Source of the DNA: the human T2T-CHM13v2.0 reference genome, Homo sapiens
DNA: 64,000 nucleotides
Reading direction: 5' to 3' (one strand)
Assembly: GCF_009914755.1 (NCBI RefSeq)
Contig: NC_060928.1
Shown: positions 39,911-56,380 of the stretch, piece after piece
How the letters are laid out: every line of letters begins with the position of its first letter
Position numbering within the stretch: the stretch's first letter is position 1
The notes under the pieces: generated by a model
The model's database searches: none
What the model saw: only the letters and a program-made list of their open reading frames with translations
Told to the model about the DNA's origin: nothing
Made by a program: the position numbers and the translations under genes

Positions 39911-40139
39911 TGTTTCCTGAAGACTAGAGCAGCTCCATTTAATGAAGGAGAAAATTATTACTGGCTTGCTGTTTAGATCTTTTTTTTCTTAGATGATGGT
40001 GAACTTCTTTCAACAAGCTTTTCATAGAATTTTATTTAGCTTATGACTACCTAACAATAGAAATATTAAAAAATAGGAATTACTTATATAATCTAACCTA
40101 CCTTACTGAAGTTCTACATTAATGTTATAATCAACATTA

Positions 40140-40330
40140 TAAGAAACAGGACAGAGAAAAGTGGGAAAAACTGTTTAATGTGTAAGAGTTTTATTTTGGA
40201 ATGATGGAAATGTTTTGGAACTACTGGCAGTGATTGCACAACATTGTGAATGAACTAAATGCCACTGAATTGTTTACTTTAAAATGGTGAATTTTATGTT
40301 ATGTCAATTTCACCTCAAAAAGTAAATTTT
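40140..40330 (+). mobile_element. L1M (L1MB/MC-like) 3'UTR end
   Basis: GATTGCACAACATTGTGAATG..AATGCCACTGAATTGT..CTTTAAAATGGT. Confidence 0.75.
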
Positions 40331-40358
40331 TAAAAATTATGACAAATGTCAATATGTG

Positions 40359-40691
40359 TGTATTAGTTTGCTAGGGCTGCCATAACAAAATACTACAGAC
40401 TGGATGTCTTAAACAACAGAGATTTATTTGCTTACAGTTCTGGAGGCTAGAAGTCCAAGATCAAGGCATCAACAGGTTCGCTTTCTTCTGAGGGCTCTCT
40501 CCTTGGCTTGTAGATGGGCATTCTCTCTCTCTACCCTCACATAGTCTTTCATCTATGCATGTGTATTCTTGCTCTGTTCAAATTCCCTCTTGTTATAAAG
40601 ACATCACCTTAGTGGCCTCATTTTAACTTAATCATCTCTTAAAAGGCTGTATTTTCAAATACAGTCACATTCTTAGGTACTGCAGGTTAAG
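40359..40691 (-). mobile_element. MLT1B/C LTR
   Basis: TGTATTAGTTTGCTAGGGCTGCCATAACAAAATAC..CAGTTCTGGAGGCTAGAAGTCCAAGATCAAGG. Confidence 0.85.
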
Positions 40692-40844
40692 CTAAGGATG
40701 GCCAGGTCAAGTTATCTTTGTATTCCTTTGTCAAAATAAAAAAAAAAATCAAGTATTCTTCCCCAAAACACCAACTTTTTAATAGTGATTTTATACCCCA
40801 GGTCTATCTGACTCTGAAGTCTTTGTTGTTTCCAATATATTTGC

Positions 40845-40940
40845 TATTAGCCAACTATATATTGTATATATACAATATATAGTTGTATATATATATATAT
40901 ATATATATATACTATATATATATTGTATAGTTGGCTAATA
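40845..40940. repeat. AT-rich palindrome: 15-bp outer arms, a perfect 34-bp inner palindrome and (TA)n
   Basis: Outer arms TATTAGCCAACTATA ... TATAGTTGGCTAATA. Inner CAACTATATATTGTATA|TATACAATATATAGTTG at 40852-40885. Confidence 0.95.
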
Positions 40941-42254
40941 AATACCACATATATAAGCCAACTATACCACGGACCACAGAGAGATGGCACAGGCAGTATT
41001 AAGACAACAACAACAACAATAGTAAAGTCTTGTAGTTGATAAATAAAAAAGTAGGAGTAGTACACTGAGAGCAAATGTCAAATGAGAAAACATTGAGATA
41101 AAAAAGTACATTGATAAACCATCTGTAATTTTAACTATACACATGTTACGTAATTAATGTATGCTAGACACCTTGCTAAGTTATTTACTTTCCTTAACTC
41201 AATACATCCTCATAGTCCTATGAGGCAGCCAATCATTGTGTCTTCTGAAACAGCAGAAGATTTGTATGTTGTTTTTATCTACAGAGAGACAGGTCTAATA
41301 AATCATCTGTTTTCCTTACAGATGGGTGAAACTTGTTTACGTGTCAAAATGTTTTATGCTTCTTTCCCATCATTCCGCCCCCAAATCACATATTACAGAT
41401 GTTCACATGGTAGAAAATCCAAATGATTGTGTTATAGCTCCATACTCCATCAAAAAGAGCACACCTAAGCAAAAGTTGGAGAAGAATGTGGTGACGTAAT
41501 ATCCACAATGATTCTGTTTCTTTCTTTTCTTTCCCTAAAGGGCCATATTTGTAGCTTATCTTTGATTACCTGTGATTATCAATAACCCATTCACTTCCAC
41601 ACTAAGTGTAACTAATTGTTAGAAAAGAGTTTGGAACACAGAGAGACAGACAGAGAGTGAGAGAGAGAGAGAGAGACTGATCAGGGAAATGCAGTCAAAA
41701 TTTACAAAATGGGTTTCCTTTTTTTTTTTTTTTGGTAGAAGTTGTAATGTACTCAATAGTAGCAGTCCTCCCTCTGAGATACTACCACTTCCTAGAATTG
41801 ACTTTAGGATTTTTTTCGTTATAATAATGAAATTTCTCTAGAATAAATATGTAGCCTAGATCTTCTTAGTGGTAGATTTATGGTCATGTTTAGAAGGGAC
41901 AATTGTGTAGATTTAACTTTGTAAAGTTTAATTTTAGGAAGAGAAAAAGGAATAAATATTTCTATAACTAATACACTCTTCCATGAAATCCTGTCCTGAA
42001 GAAATTCCTGAATATACACATAGCTCTTCTATCTATTAAACTTCTTCCCAAAGGAACACACATTTAAATTCCCATGATATTTGTAAATATTTAAGTTAGA
42101 AAGTGAATTTTTGCCATTTCCCATAGGAAATCAAACAATGTACTTTATGCTAGTCACATTGCAAATAATCATATCTCAGAATTTCATTTGTAATTGCCTT
42201 CAAACATTACCATATAAACTGTTAGGAATTTACTGCATTTTATTAACTATATTA

Positions 42255-42697
42255 CCCATATCTAAGATATTATTGCCACATCCAGTGTCTTAAAGCATTT
42301 GCCTTATGTTTTCTTCTAAAAATTGTATAGTTTTATGTCTTACATTTAGGCTTGTAATCCTTTTTGAGTTACTTTTTATATATGACGTTGGATTAGGGTC
42401 CAACTTTATTGTTTTGCATGTGGAAATCTACTTTTCTCAACACCATTATTTTCCTTCTATTATAGATCCAGGGGTAGGTGTACAGGTTTGTTATATAGTT
42501 GTATTGTCTAATGCTGGGGCTTGGGCTTCTGGTAAATCCATCACCAAATAGTAAATATAGTATCCAATAGGTAGCTTTTTCAACCCTTGCCCCTCTCCCT
42601 ATTTCCTTTCTTTTGGTGTCCTCAGTCTGTTATTTCATCCTTATGTCCATGACAGCACCAATTTTTAAAGAGATTTTGCTTTTCCCATTGAAGTCTT
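42255..42697 (-). mobile_element. L1M ORF2 fragment (minus) containing a nested L1PB-like 3' end (~42450-42651)
   Basis: TATGTTTTCTTCTA..TTTTCTCAACACCATT resumes as AGCACCAATTTTTAAAAGAG..TTTCCCATTGAA after the nested element. Confidence 0.65.
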
Positions 42698-43290
42698 CTG
42701 GGAATATAACCCTCCAAGTTGAAAGCAGGGTCTCAAAGAGACATTTTTACACCTATGTTTATAGCTGCTTTACACAATAGCTAAACTATAAAAGAAACTT
42801 GTGTCCTTCGACTGTTGAATAGGCAGCAAAATGTTGTATATACATAAAATGGAATATTATTCAGCCCTACAAAAGAATGAAATTCAGACATGCTGCAACA
42901 TAGATGAACCTTGAGGACATTATGCGAGGTGAAATAAGCCAGTTACAAGAAGACCAAAACTATGCAACTCCATTTATATGAGGTCCTTAGAGCACACATA
43001 AAACAGAAAGTAGAATGCTGGTTTCCAAGGGGTGGGGGAGATGGAAATGGGAAATTATTCTTTAATTGGTATAAAGTTTCAATTGAAACTTTACAATTTC
43101 ATCAAGTACATCATCAAATTGTACTTCATCAGGTACAATTTACTTGGTGAAGAGTGATGTGGCTGAATAGTGGTGATGACAGTGAAACATCGTGAATGTA
43201 TTTCATTCCAGCAAAATGCACACTTAAAAATAGTTTGCATGGTAAATTTTACATTATGGGTATTTTAACCACAATAACAAATTAGAAAAA
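42698..43290 (+). mobile_element. L1MB-like 3' end
   Basis: TTGAAAGCAGGGTCTCAAAGAGA..ATGAACCTTGAGGACATTATGC..ATAAGCCAGTTACAA. Confidence 0.8.
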
Positions 43291-43557
43291 CACATACTTA
43301 CAGGGAGAGTAAAAGAAAGATGCTTTGTGTAAATATTCATATAGTTTTGGATAAGAGCCCTCAGTGGGTATTTTACTCTGACATTATTAAACCCAATGTT
43401 TTTCTCATATTCACTATAATATATATTTCCTTATCTGTAAAAATTTGTATGGAATCTATTACATTTTACCTGTAACATTTATTTTTTTAAAGTGTTTGAT
43501 GATAGAAAGATAAATGGTAAGGTCATGTGATCTATATGTTCTAACCAACAAATAATA

Positions 43558-43695
43558 ATAACTAATGGATGCTAGGCTTAATACCTGCATGACAAAAATA
43601 ATCTGTACAACAATCCCCAATGACACAAGTTTACCTATGTAACAAACCTGCACTCATATTCTTGAACTTAAAATAAAAAGTTAAAAATAATAATG
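43558..43695 (+). mobile_element. Short L1PA 3' end
   Basis: TAGGCTTAATACCTG..GTTTACCTATGTAACAAACCTGCAC..AACTTAAAATAAAA. Confidence 0.8.
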
Positions 43696-43948
43696 ATAAA
43701 CAGAGAAAATGAGTCAATATGAAAAACTGGGGAAAGGTGTGTATAATTAATTAGAAGTTCAGTAAGACTTGGTAAGATTTATTATTAAGAGAAAAAAACC
43801 ACTACAAAAGTCAGTGAAAGATATTAAAAAAGAACTTTGCAAGTAGTATCAGGAAAAATAAAGCTCCTATATTCCAGTATTAAAGAATCATATCTAATTT
43901 AGTATTAGAATGTTTTATCTGGTTCTTCCCATTAGACTGCTTTATTCT

Positions 43949-47515
<3,567 letters not shown>

Positions 47516-49243
47516 TTAGACTGCTTTATTCTAAGACTGCCAAAGAAACCTTCAACAGCATCAAAAAATGGAAAACTTATTTCAGGGACAATTCAATTAT
47601 TTTATGAAGTTATATGTTGACTTTCATGAAAGGTAAGAAATCTGATTTTAGTGACTAAATAATAAACAAATAAGAACAATAAAGGTAAATACCATTAAAA
47701 ACAAAGTAGCTAAAGAGTCAAGATGTAGCTAAAACCAAGCTCAACTGCCTTGATGTGTGTCTGTGAATTTGTGAGGCAGTAAATGTTTACAAGTTCCACT
47801 CCATATCCTCAAACGTCTCTGTCCTCAAAGGCAAAACCCAAAGTAAAATAACTTAAAAGGGAGGTTTTTAGCTAGATATAAAAATAACACAACAAAATGT
47901 TTTTGTTATTCTTAGGATAGTAAGAGATTCTCTCTGCAAGTCTTTGAGATGGCAACATGCAACTTCATATATATTTACAATAGCTGAGTCACCAACGAGC
48001 TTCAGAGCTGCAGATTAGCTCATATGTTCTCCAAAGTTTCCACTGATTCTGTTGTTCTACCTTCCCTCAATTAATAGCACATAGCCAATCACTCCAGTGT
48101 TTTCACAATTTATTTTGTCTCTCACACACACAATCACTTGTGCATGAAACTGTGAACCCATGTGTACACACACACTTTAATCTGCTATGTAGGACTATGT
48201 TTTATTTAGGCCTTTACACACACATATGCTAATATTTCTATCTTCCCACTTAATTCATTACACATATATCCTTTTTATGATAAAAATAAAATGCCATTAT
48301 AAAAATCAAATTTTGGAATTATATATTTTTCTTTCTAACATTTATAGGTAGTATAAATTCTTATTTGCGTAGAACTAGTTTTTTACAGAGACAAAATACT
48401 GATGTTATTTTTAAAGTTTTCCATAATTCCTCCACCAAAAATAAAATTATACTATTTAATCTTATGAAGTCTCAACAATTCTCATTCTTCAAAAGCAAAG
48501 AGAATTAGATATTCTCTAATATCTGCTTTTCAGTATGATTGGCATTGTTATGCTAAACTCTTCTACTTTGAAATTATGTCTTCTAGGCATAACATCACTT
48601 TATTTTGAATGAATGACATTCTAAATGTCTAAATTCCAAGTGACATCTTGTTTATCTAGAATTCCTGAGGCCTAAAATTGTTTTTAATGAAATTTAAGTT
48701 AGATGTTCTCAATTTAGTTTAACAATTTTGCAAAAACAAAACAAGTGCTTACAAGTCTTATTCCCCAGTCAAATAAAACATTGTAAGTATGAACCCCCTA
48801 ACACTTTCATAGAAATAAAAATCATCTATAGTTTTCTTTCCTCACGTGAAACAAATCAGGATGCATCTCTGAAAGTTAAAAGATCATGTCACTCCTATAT
48901 TTAGTTTTCTTCTATTTCTGCTTCCCAATTCTCCACTTGCTGGTAGCAATACTGGCAAAAATAAAACTGTTAAGATGATACTTCTGTCACAACAGTTTCA
49001 AAAAGCCTCTATAGAACAATGCAGCAATCTTTTAAATTTATCCACTTCTTTCATTCTCTCATTCTTCAAAAGATCTACCCACAATTGTACTTTAATAAAT
49101 ACATCACAAGACAAACAATGAACCTATTAGGATATGTGGCATATAATGTAGACTTTTTCCTTCTGAATTAATGTTTGAATTTTTAATTTTGCTTTGAAAA
49201 TTACAAAAATAAAAAACAGAAACATAAAATATTTCAAAGTCTC

Positions 49244-50043
49244 AAGATATACATGTGGCCAACAAGCATATGAAAAAAAGCTCAACATCACTTATCATTA
49301 GAGAAATGCAAATCAAAATCACAATGAGATACCATCTCACACCAATCTGAATGGCTATTATCAAAAAGTCAAAAATAACAGATGCTGACAAGGTTGTGGA
49401 GGAAAATAAATGTGTATACATTGTTGGGAGTGTAAATTGATTTGACTATTGTGAAAAGCAGTATGGAAATTCCTCAAAGATATAAAAATGGAAGTACCAT
49501 TTGACCCAGTAATCCCATTACTGAGTATATACCCAAAGGAATATAAATCATTCTATCAAAAAGATACATGCATATGTATGTTCATTGCAGCACTATTCAT
49601 AATACCAAAGACATGGAATCAACATAAGTTCACATCAATGACAGACTGGATAAAGAAAATGTGGTACATGTACAATATACACCATGGAATACTATACAGC
49701 TATAAAAAATAATGAGATCATGTCATTTTCAGAAACATGGATGAAGTTGGAGGCCATCATTCTTGGCAAACTAATGCTGGAACAGAAAAGCAAATACCAT
49801 ATGTTCCCACTTATAAGTGGAAGCTAAATAATAAGAATACCTGTACATCGAGGGGGAATAACAGACACTGGGGCCTACCAGCAGATTGAAGTTTGGAAGA
49901 GGGAGAGGAGAAATAACTAATGGTTACTAGGTTTAATACCTGGGTGATGAAATAATCTGTACCACAAAACCCTGTGACATGAGTTTACCTATAGAAAAAA
50001 CCTGCAGATGTACCCCTGAACTTAAAATAAAAATTAAAAAAAT
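49244..50043 (+). mobile_element. L1 3' end (L1PA15/16- or L1PB-like)
   Basis: ORF 49488-49712 [27 protein letters not shown] is the ORF2 C-terminus, followed by the 3'UTR and A tail. Confidence 0.9.
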
Positions 50044-50734
50044 AATTATTTGATATATTATATTTGAGTATTCATTTATTTATGATAGAAAAGATCATTG
50101 TTTTTCCTCCAAGCTACAATATAATATTTGTTCTCATTTATTATTATCCACCTGATCACAAAAAATGACTTTGTAAAATGTTTACTTTTTATGAGTATGT
50201 TCTGCTTTACCAATAGTTGTTCATTTTTTCTGCCATACTGCCACATTCTACATCTCCAGGAGGCACTTTTCACATTGTATTCTATGCCGTGTAGTGCATA
50301 TTCAGCTTGAAATGATAGATGATTAATTTTGATAGATAATTGATTTTATTCTAAATATTATGCTATTGTTGTACTGACAGCACCATATGTTCTCATTAGT
50401 CAAAATTCTCAACTGTCAACAATGTAAATGCATTAGATTCTGAAAAGCAATGCTTGGAGAACTTTTAGCAACATGACAAACTAAGGTGATGCATGCAGTG
50501 CTCTTATACATTAAAACAAAAAAGTTTGATAAATTAGAGCAATTAAATAAAAAGTCTAACTCAAAAGAAAGGGATAGCCTCATATACCAAAATAAGAGAA
50601 CAAAGAAAGCCATAATTTTAAGATGAAAGTGAACTTCTAAGTAAATTATGTCAAGACAGGCTCTGAGATCAGGGAGTCTAGATTTCTAATACTCATTGTA
50701 AGATAAGAAACTTATTATTAAATACATACAAGGT

Positions 50735-51017
50735 TCACATGGACACATGGCAGGGTACAACACACACTGGGGCCTGGTTAAAAATGGGGGTTGTGGGGAA
50801 GGAGAGCATCAGGAAGAAGAGCTAATGGATGCTGGGCTTAATACCTGGATGATGGGTTGATCTGTGCAGGAAACCACCGTGGTGCACGTTTACCTATGTA
50901 ACAAACCTGCACATCCTGCACATGTACCCAGTAACTTAAAATAAAAGTTAAAGGAAAAAAATAAGAAAAAGAAAAATAAGAAAAGAAAATCATCCAAACC
51001 AAAAAAAAAAAAAAAAA
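50735..51017 (+). mobile_element. L1PA (about L1PA8-12) 3'UTR end with A-rich tail
   Basis: CACATGGACACA..GAGCATCAGGAAGAA..CACGTTTACCTATGTAACAAACCTGCACATCCTGCACATGTACCC. Confidence 0.88.
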
Positions 51018-51805
51018 GCACCACCACCAACAATAAACAACCAAGCAACCAAGCAAGCAATGTAGTGTTCCCCTAACTCAGCATCAAACACAACACTTCT
51101 TCCCATCAGCATGCATTATTGGGCAGTTTTCAGTGCGATTAGGACTTCCAGTGAAAAGTGATTTTTACAAAATCAAAGCCTCAATTATGGGCCACACACA
51201 GATTAGGGTCCAAACTTGCATGGTATGAATTGTGATGATGTTTTTAATAAGAGGAGTTGGAAAGGAATTAGAAGTTAATCACTAGGAGAATACCTAAATA
51301 ATATTTGGTAGATGCCCACTACAGCATACGAACTTAGAAAAAGAAAGACTAGTATACATAGAACTACATAGGTAGATACTAAAATATACTTTTAAGTGAA
51401 AAAGTCATGAACTCAAATGAAATTTATAGCATGATACAATTAACAAACCTATACCACTCACGCATTCAAAATGCCACAGTATATATTTTATAAAGATAAG
51501 TTCATAATAAAATACACTTATCAAATCTATTGAACAGGATATTTATGATAAGAATGAAATATACATTTGCTTCTGGAATGTAACAGCAAATTAAAATAAT
51601 ATAAATGGTCCCAAAAGTAAGGGAGAGGTTGTGCATAAACCAATTATGACACCATGGTAGGATGGAGGGTAGCAAATAACTCAATATATCTAATTCCCAT
51701 TAAATCATATGATAAAACAAAACATAGGCTTACAAACAATTTACAGAACAAGAAATAAATAATCCAGCAATTATAAAATACACACTTATTTAATTAAATA
51801 ATAAC

Positions 51806-52170
51806 TGTCTGCTCAGGTTGCCACAACATACCACAGACTGAGTGGCTTTAACAACAAAGTTTACTTTCTCACAGTCCTGGATACTGGGAAGTCCAAGATG
51901 AAGGTGGTGGCTGATTAAATTCCTGGTGAATGTACTCTCTCTCTAGATTGCAGATAGCTGCCTTCTTATTGTGTCCTGACATAGTAGAGAGAGACAGCTT
52001 TGGTGTCTCTTTCTTTTTTTCCAAAGGCACCATCCGTTTCAGATTTGGGTCCCTTCTTTACGGTTTCATTTGACCTTAATTACCTCCTTGTACAGCCTGT
52101 CTCCAAAGACCATCACAGTGAAGGTTAAGGGCTTCAAAAAAATTTGGAGGGACACAATCTAGTTCATAGC
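51806..52170 (-). mobile_element. MLT1A/A0 LTR
   Basis: TCTGCTCAGGTTGCC..ACCACAGACTG..GAAGTCCAAGATGAAGG..GGGACACAA. Confidence 0.8.
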
Positions 52171-52219
52171 TACAATTAAAACACTATGTATGAAACTTGC
52201 GGGATACCACCAAAGAGAT

Positions 52220-53270
52220 TGGGGCAGCAGTTCCAATTCTGACATGATACCAAGAGGAGCTCTGCAGACCTACTTCCCAATAAAATGAATCATACTTATT
52301 TTTAAATACACACACAGAGAGACCCCGACATTTAAATGTTTCACAATGGTCTTAAAGGCATACAACAAATGAAGAAATCTTTAATAAATATTAATAAAAT
52401 AAAATTAATAATATTCAATAAATATCTAATAAATTTTACCAGTAAAAGTGAGTCTGTCATTTACCTGTTGCGAAACCAAGTTCTAAGCAGACCAATTAAG
52501 AGATAGGGTTTCCCATTTGCAATGCAGACTCCACTCACAGGATGGAGGCTTTGCTTGGGATATGTTGATGTTAAAAATACTGGGTCCCCCAATCCTCTTT
52601 GCACGAGTTTTTGGGGTGGAGGTTTTATACTAGAAAAGCCAAGCCAAGAAGACTTGGAGCTGTGGCCCCTTCTACCACGTACTCAGCTATTAAACGAAGA
52701 ATGTCATTCAAGAGAAGCTCACCATGGCCCTTGCCCCCAGCGCAAAGCCATGGCTTAAAGATTTTGTGCTGGACAAAAGCAGGCCACAAAACAGAGAGCT
52801 GCAAATTTCTCCCTTCTTAGGAAACATCATTTGCAACTGAATTTGGAGAAGTTCAAGACTAAGGGCATTCTCGAAATCACTGGAGCTTGCAGTGAAAGGC
52901 TCTTGGGAAGAGAATGGTAGTTCCTTGAAGACATAATCTAAACTACAGGCCAACTAGTTTGCCGGAGATAACTGGTGAAAAAGAAAGTTGCGAGGCCATT
53001 TTTGGGGACCAGAACAAATCTCGAATACTGACCTGGGAAACTATTCTCTCAAAGGAGCTCAAGTTTCATTGGATCAGTCTACAAAACAATTTATTTCCCA
53101 GGACCTTGTTGAAAACAATAGCAATTAGCAGAGTTCAACAGCTTGCTGTGGCCAGGGAAAGAAAAAAGAGAGCCCTGCCAAATCCATTGTGATTCCAGGA
53201 TGACTGTGGACCTAGCCAAGGCTTTGCACCCTAAGAAGGCTCAGAGGCTTTATACTGTCCAGAAGTAAAG
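52220..53270 (+). mobile_element. Probable old L1M 5'-region fragment
   Basis: Relatively GC-richer segment resembling L1M 5'UTR sequence as recalled. Not firmly assigned. Confidence 0.35.
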
Positions 53271-54032
53271 AAAGGGATAAGAAAATGCTAACATTTTAAC
53301 ACAGGGGAATAATATTTGACAATTAAAATAAATAAACTGGGTTTAAATTTATCAACACAGATCCATCTCAGAAGTATAATGCTGAGTGAAAAAATAGATA
53401 AGCACAAAATTCAGAAAAATAATTGTTACCTTAGTGAAGAGAGTGAAACTGAATTAAGGAAAAACATAACAATGTTCCAACTTTATGAATAACTTTTTAT
53501 TTCCATAAACGTGACAGGAAGAAAATATGAAAATAACTTTTCTTATGATTAATTTTTTATTTCTAATTATATTTTGATGTATATTAATTTAAATAAAGGT
53601 TAAGTAGTCTTTTATAATTTTCTGTAGTTCTCTTTAGGTTTGAAATGTAGCACAATTTAAATAAAGATTTAAACTATATTAGTAATATGCATTAGTAAGT
53701 GAGCTATAAGAACAGCCATAGAAAAACATGTTGCTATGGTTTGCAGGTATCCCCAAAATTCATTAATTTTCCACAACCTTGTCAATATACGATAAAGTTT
53801 AATACGCATATTTTTAGCACTTTAGCAATTTCATTCGTAGGTATAAAACTCCAGGAATCTCACCTATATGTGAAAATGAGGCATGTAAATGACCATTCAA
53901 TGCAACAGTTCTTATCATAGCTATGTAAGAAAACCTCCCACATGTCAACCAAAAGTAGAGTGGTTAACCCGCAGTATAATCATACAATGAAATTTTGCAA
54001 GCTTTCAAAGTGAACCAGAGTTACACATGCTA

Positions 54033-54398
<366 letters not shown>

Positions 54399-55396
54399 CT
54401 ATAAATATTTAAAATGAAAATGAAAACAATATAATTTATGTATTTATATATTTGTAATAAAAGTATAAAAACGTGTTTAAGAAACAAAAAAATTCAGATA
54501 ATGATTTCCCTGGTGTAAAATGATGTGAAATATTATTGAGAAAGATCCAGGTAGCTCCCTCCAGCTGTCTCTTAAAGATTTATTTCTTTAAGAAAAATTG
54601 AGGAAAAAAATTATAAAACCCAGTAAAAATCTAAAAGAATACAATTCAGAAAGCTGGCCTCAGATGTAACTTAATAAACATGCTTTTCTTTTATTCCATT
54701 ATTTCTAACTTTCACAGTGAAGTGTTAAGCAAATATTGAGGTGATAGCTGGAATGAGAAAGTGGTATACTTTCTCCACAACACTCATTGTTTAAAGTAAT
54801 ATACTTATTAAACAGATGCTGAAGTACATATCTGCAATAGTCACTAATTAAAATGCATGAAAAAAATCAAGAAATTATGACACTTTAATACTGTTCTTTT
54901 TCTCAATTTCTATCACTCAAACATGCCTCCGGAAAAAAAAAATGTTTTTCTTTGAAAAAACCATTTGCCTTATACTTCCAGAAATACTACAACTTGCATT
55001 TACGACACTCTTCAAAAATAAAATCTTTTACTTTCAGACTAAATCAATTTAAAAATTGTTTAAGATTTTATATTAAACTTCGTCGAGCTAATGTTATTGC
55101 TATTGGATGTGGTTGACTGTATCTATTGACTTTGACATTGTCATTCCGAGTTATAAATATTAATGGTAGCAAAACTTCTATGGATCAATAAATCTCTACA
55201 GTGATTTTAAAAATGCCAATTTTGTCTGAAGATTAAAAGTATATTTTGTATATTAACTAAAAACTTCTTCATCAATGATTACATTCTCTCTTCCCAGACT
55301 TTCCTCTCTGGTATACAGCCTTGGTCACAGACCAGAAAATCTGTAGTTCACCAAAAGTTTCAAGAATTAAGAGCCAGTGGAATTCACAGTACTTAC

Positions 55397-55495
55397 GGAA
55401 TTGGATGCCAGGGGATGTGGTGATAATGACTATAGCTCTCACTTCCCAAAGCAAAGTGGACAAAACAGAAATGGGCAGTTTTTCCCATGATTTCT
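55397..55495 (-). other. Candidate 99-nt internal exon (transcript unknown)
   Basis: Minus strand reads ctttctctttctctctacag|AGAAATCATGG...CCAATTCC|gtaagtac. Confidence 0.35.
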
Positions 55496-55579
55496 CTGTA
55501 GAGAGAAAGAGAAAGTACAGATACATTTTGTTTTTCAAACTTCCAGCCTAATATATTTGTTGGTTGGCCCTATCAAAAT

Positions 55580-56380
55580 CTCAACACATCCAAAACTGAA
55601 CTAGCTCATGTTCTACTCTATGCCCATCTAACTCCACAAACTTCCTCCTCTCACAGCAATCTCTGACTCTGATAATTGCACCATGACCTGTCCACACAGG
55701 GAACCCCCGTCTTTTCTCTATCTCCACCACGATCATTTGAGTTTAGGTCACTATCGCCTCTTGCTTCGACCTTTTCCCATCATCTGCTTGTTTTGCCTCC
55801 CTCCGGTTTTCAACTATCCAATATAGTCTACAACAATGATGGTGAGTGGCTCCTCTAACATGAAAAGTGAATCACGTCAGGGCTTTCAAGTTGTGTTTGG
55901 TATAATGTTCAAACTTTTCATTATATTTTCAGGACCCTTCTTCACTATCTCCTGCCCATGTATCCACATTCACCTCTTGTCACTTCACCCCTCCACTTTA
56001 ATCTCCAGCAATACTCACTTACCTTTTAATTTCTTGAATCCAACTAATTCTTCTTGGCCTCCAAGACTTATATGCTAATACCTCTTCTTGAAATATTTCC
56101 CATTTCTATTTTTAGTCTAGATAATTCTCAGGTATCTTTCTGGCATAACTTAATGGCTACTTCTTTCAGGATGCCTTATTTGCCCTTCTAGGTTAAGATA
56201 TGTCCTATTGTATTCACCTGTATTATCTATCCTGTCACAGCATTTATGCATTTTAGTTTATTTGCTTCCTGACTGACCGTAATCTCCATAAAAGCAGGGG
56301 CTATTGTCATCTTGCTCACCGTTAAACAGCTAGTACCTGAAACCTGTGTGGCATATAGTTGATGCCTAGAAACTTTTTTT
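55580..56380 (+). mobile_element. Degraded L2 fragments
   Basis: CTCAACACATCCAAAACTGAACT..., pyrimidine-rich body, and an end resembling GGCATATAGTTGATGCCTAGAAA. Confidence 0.5.
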
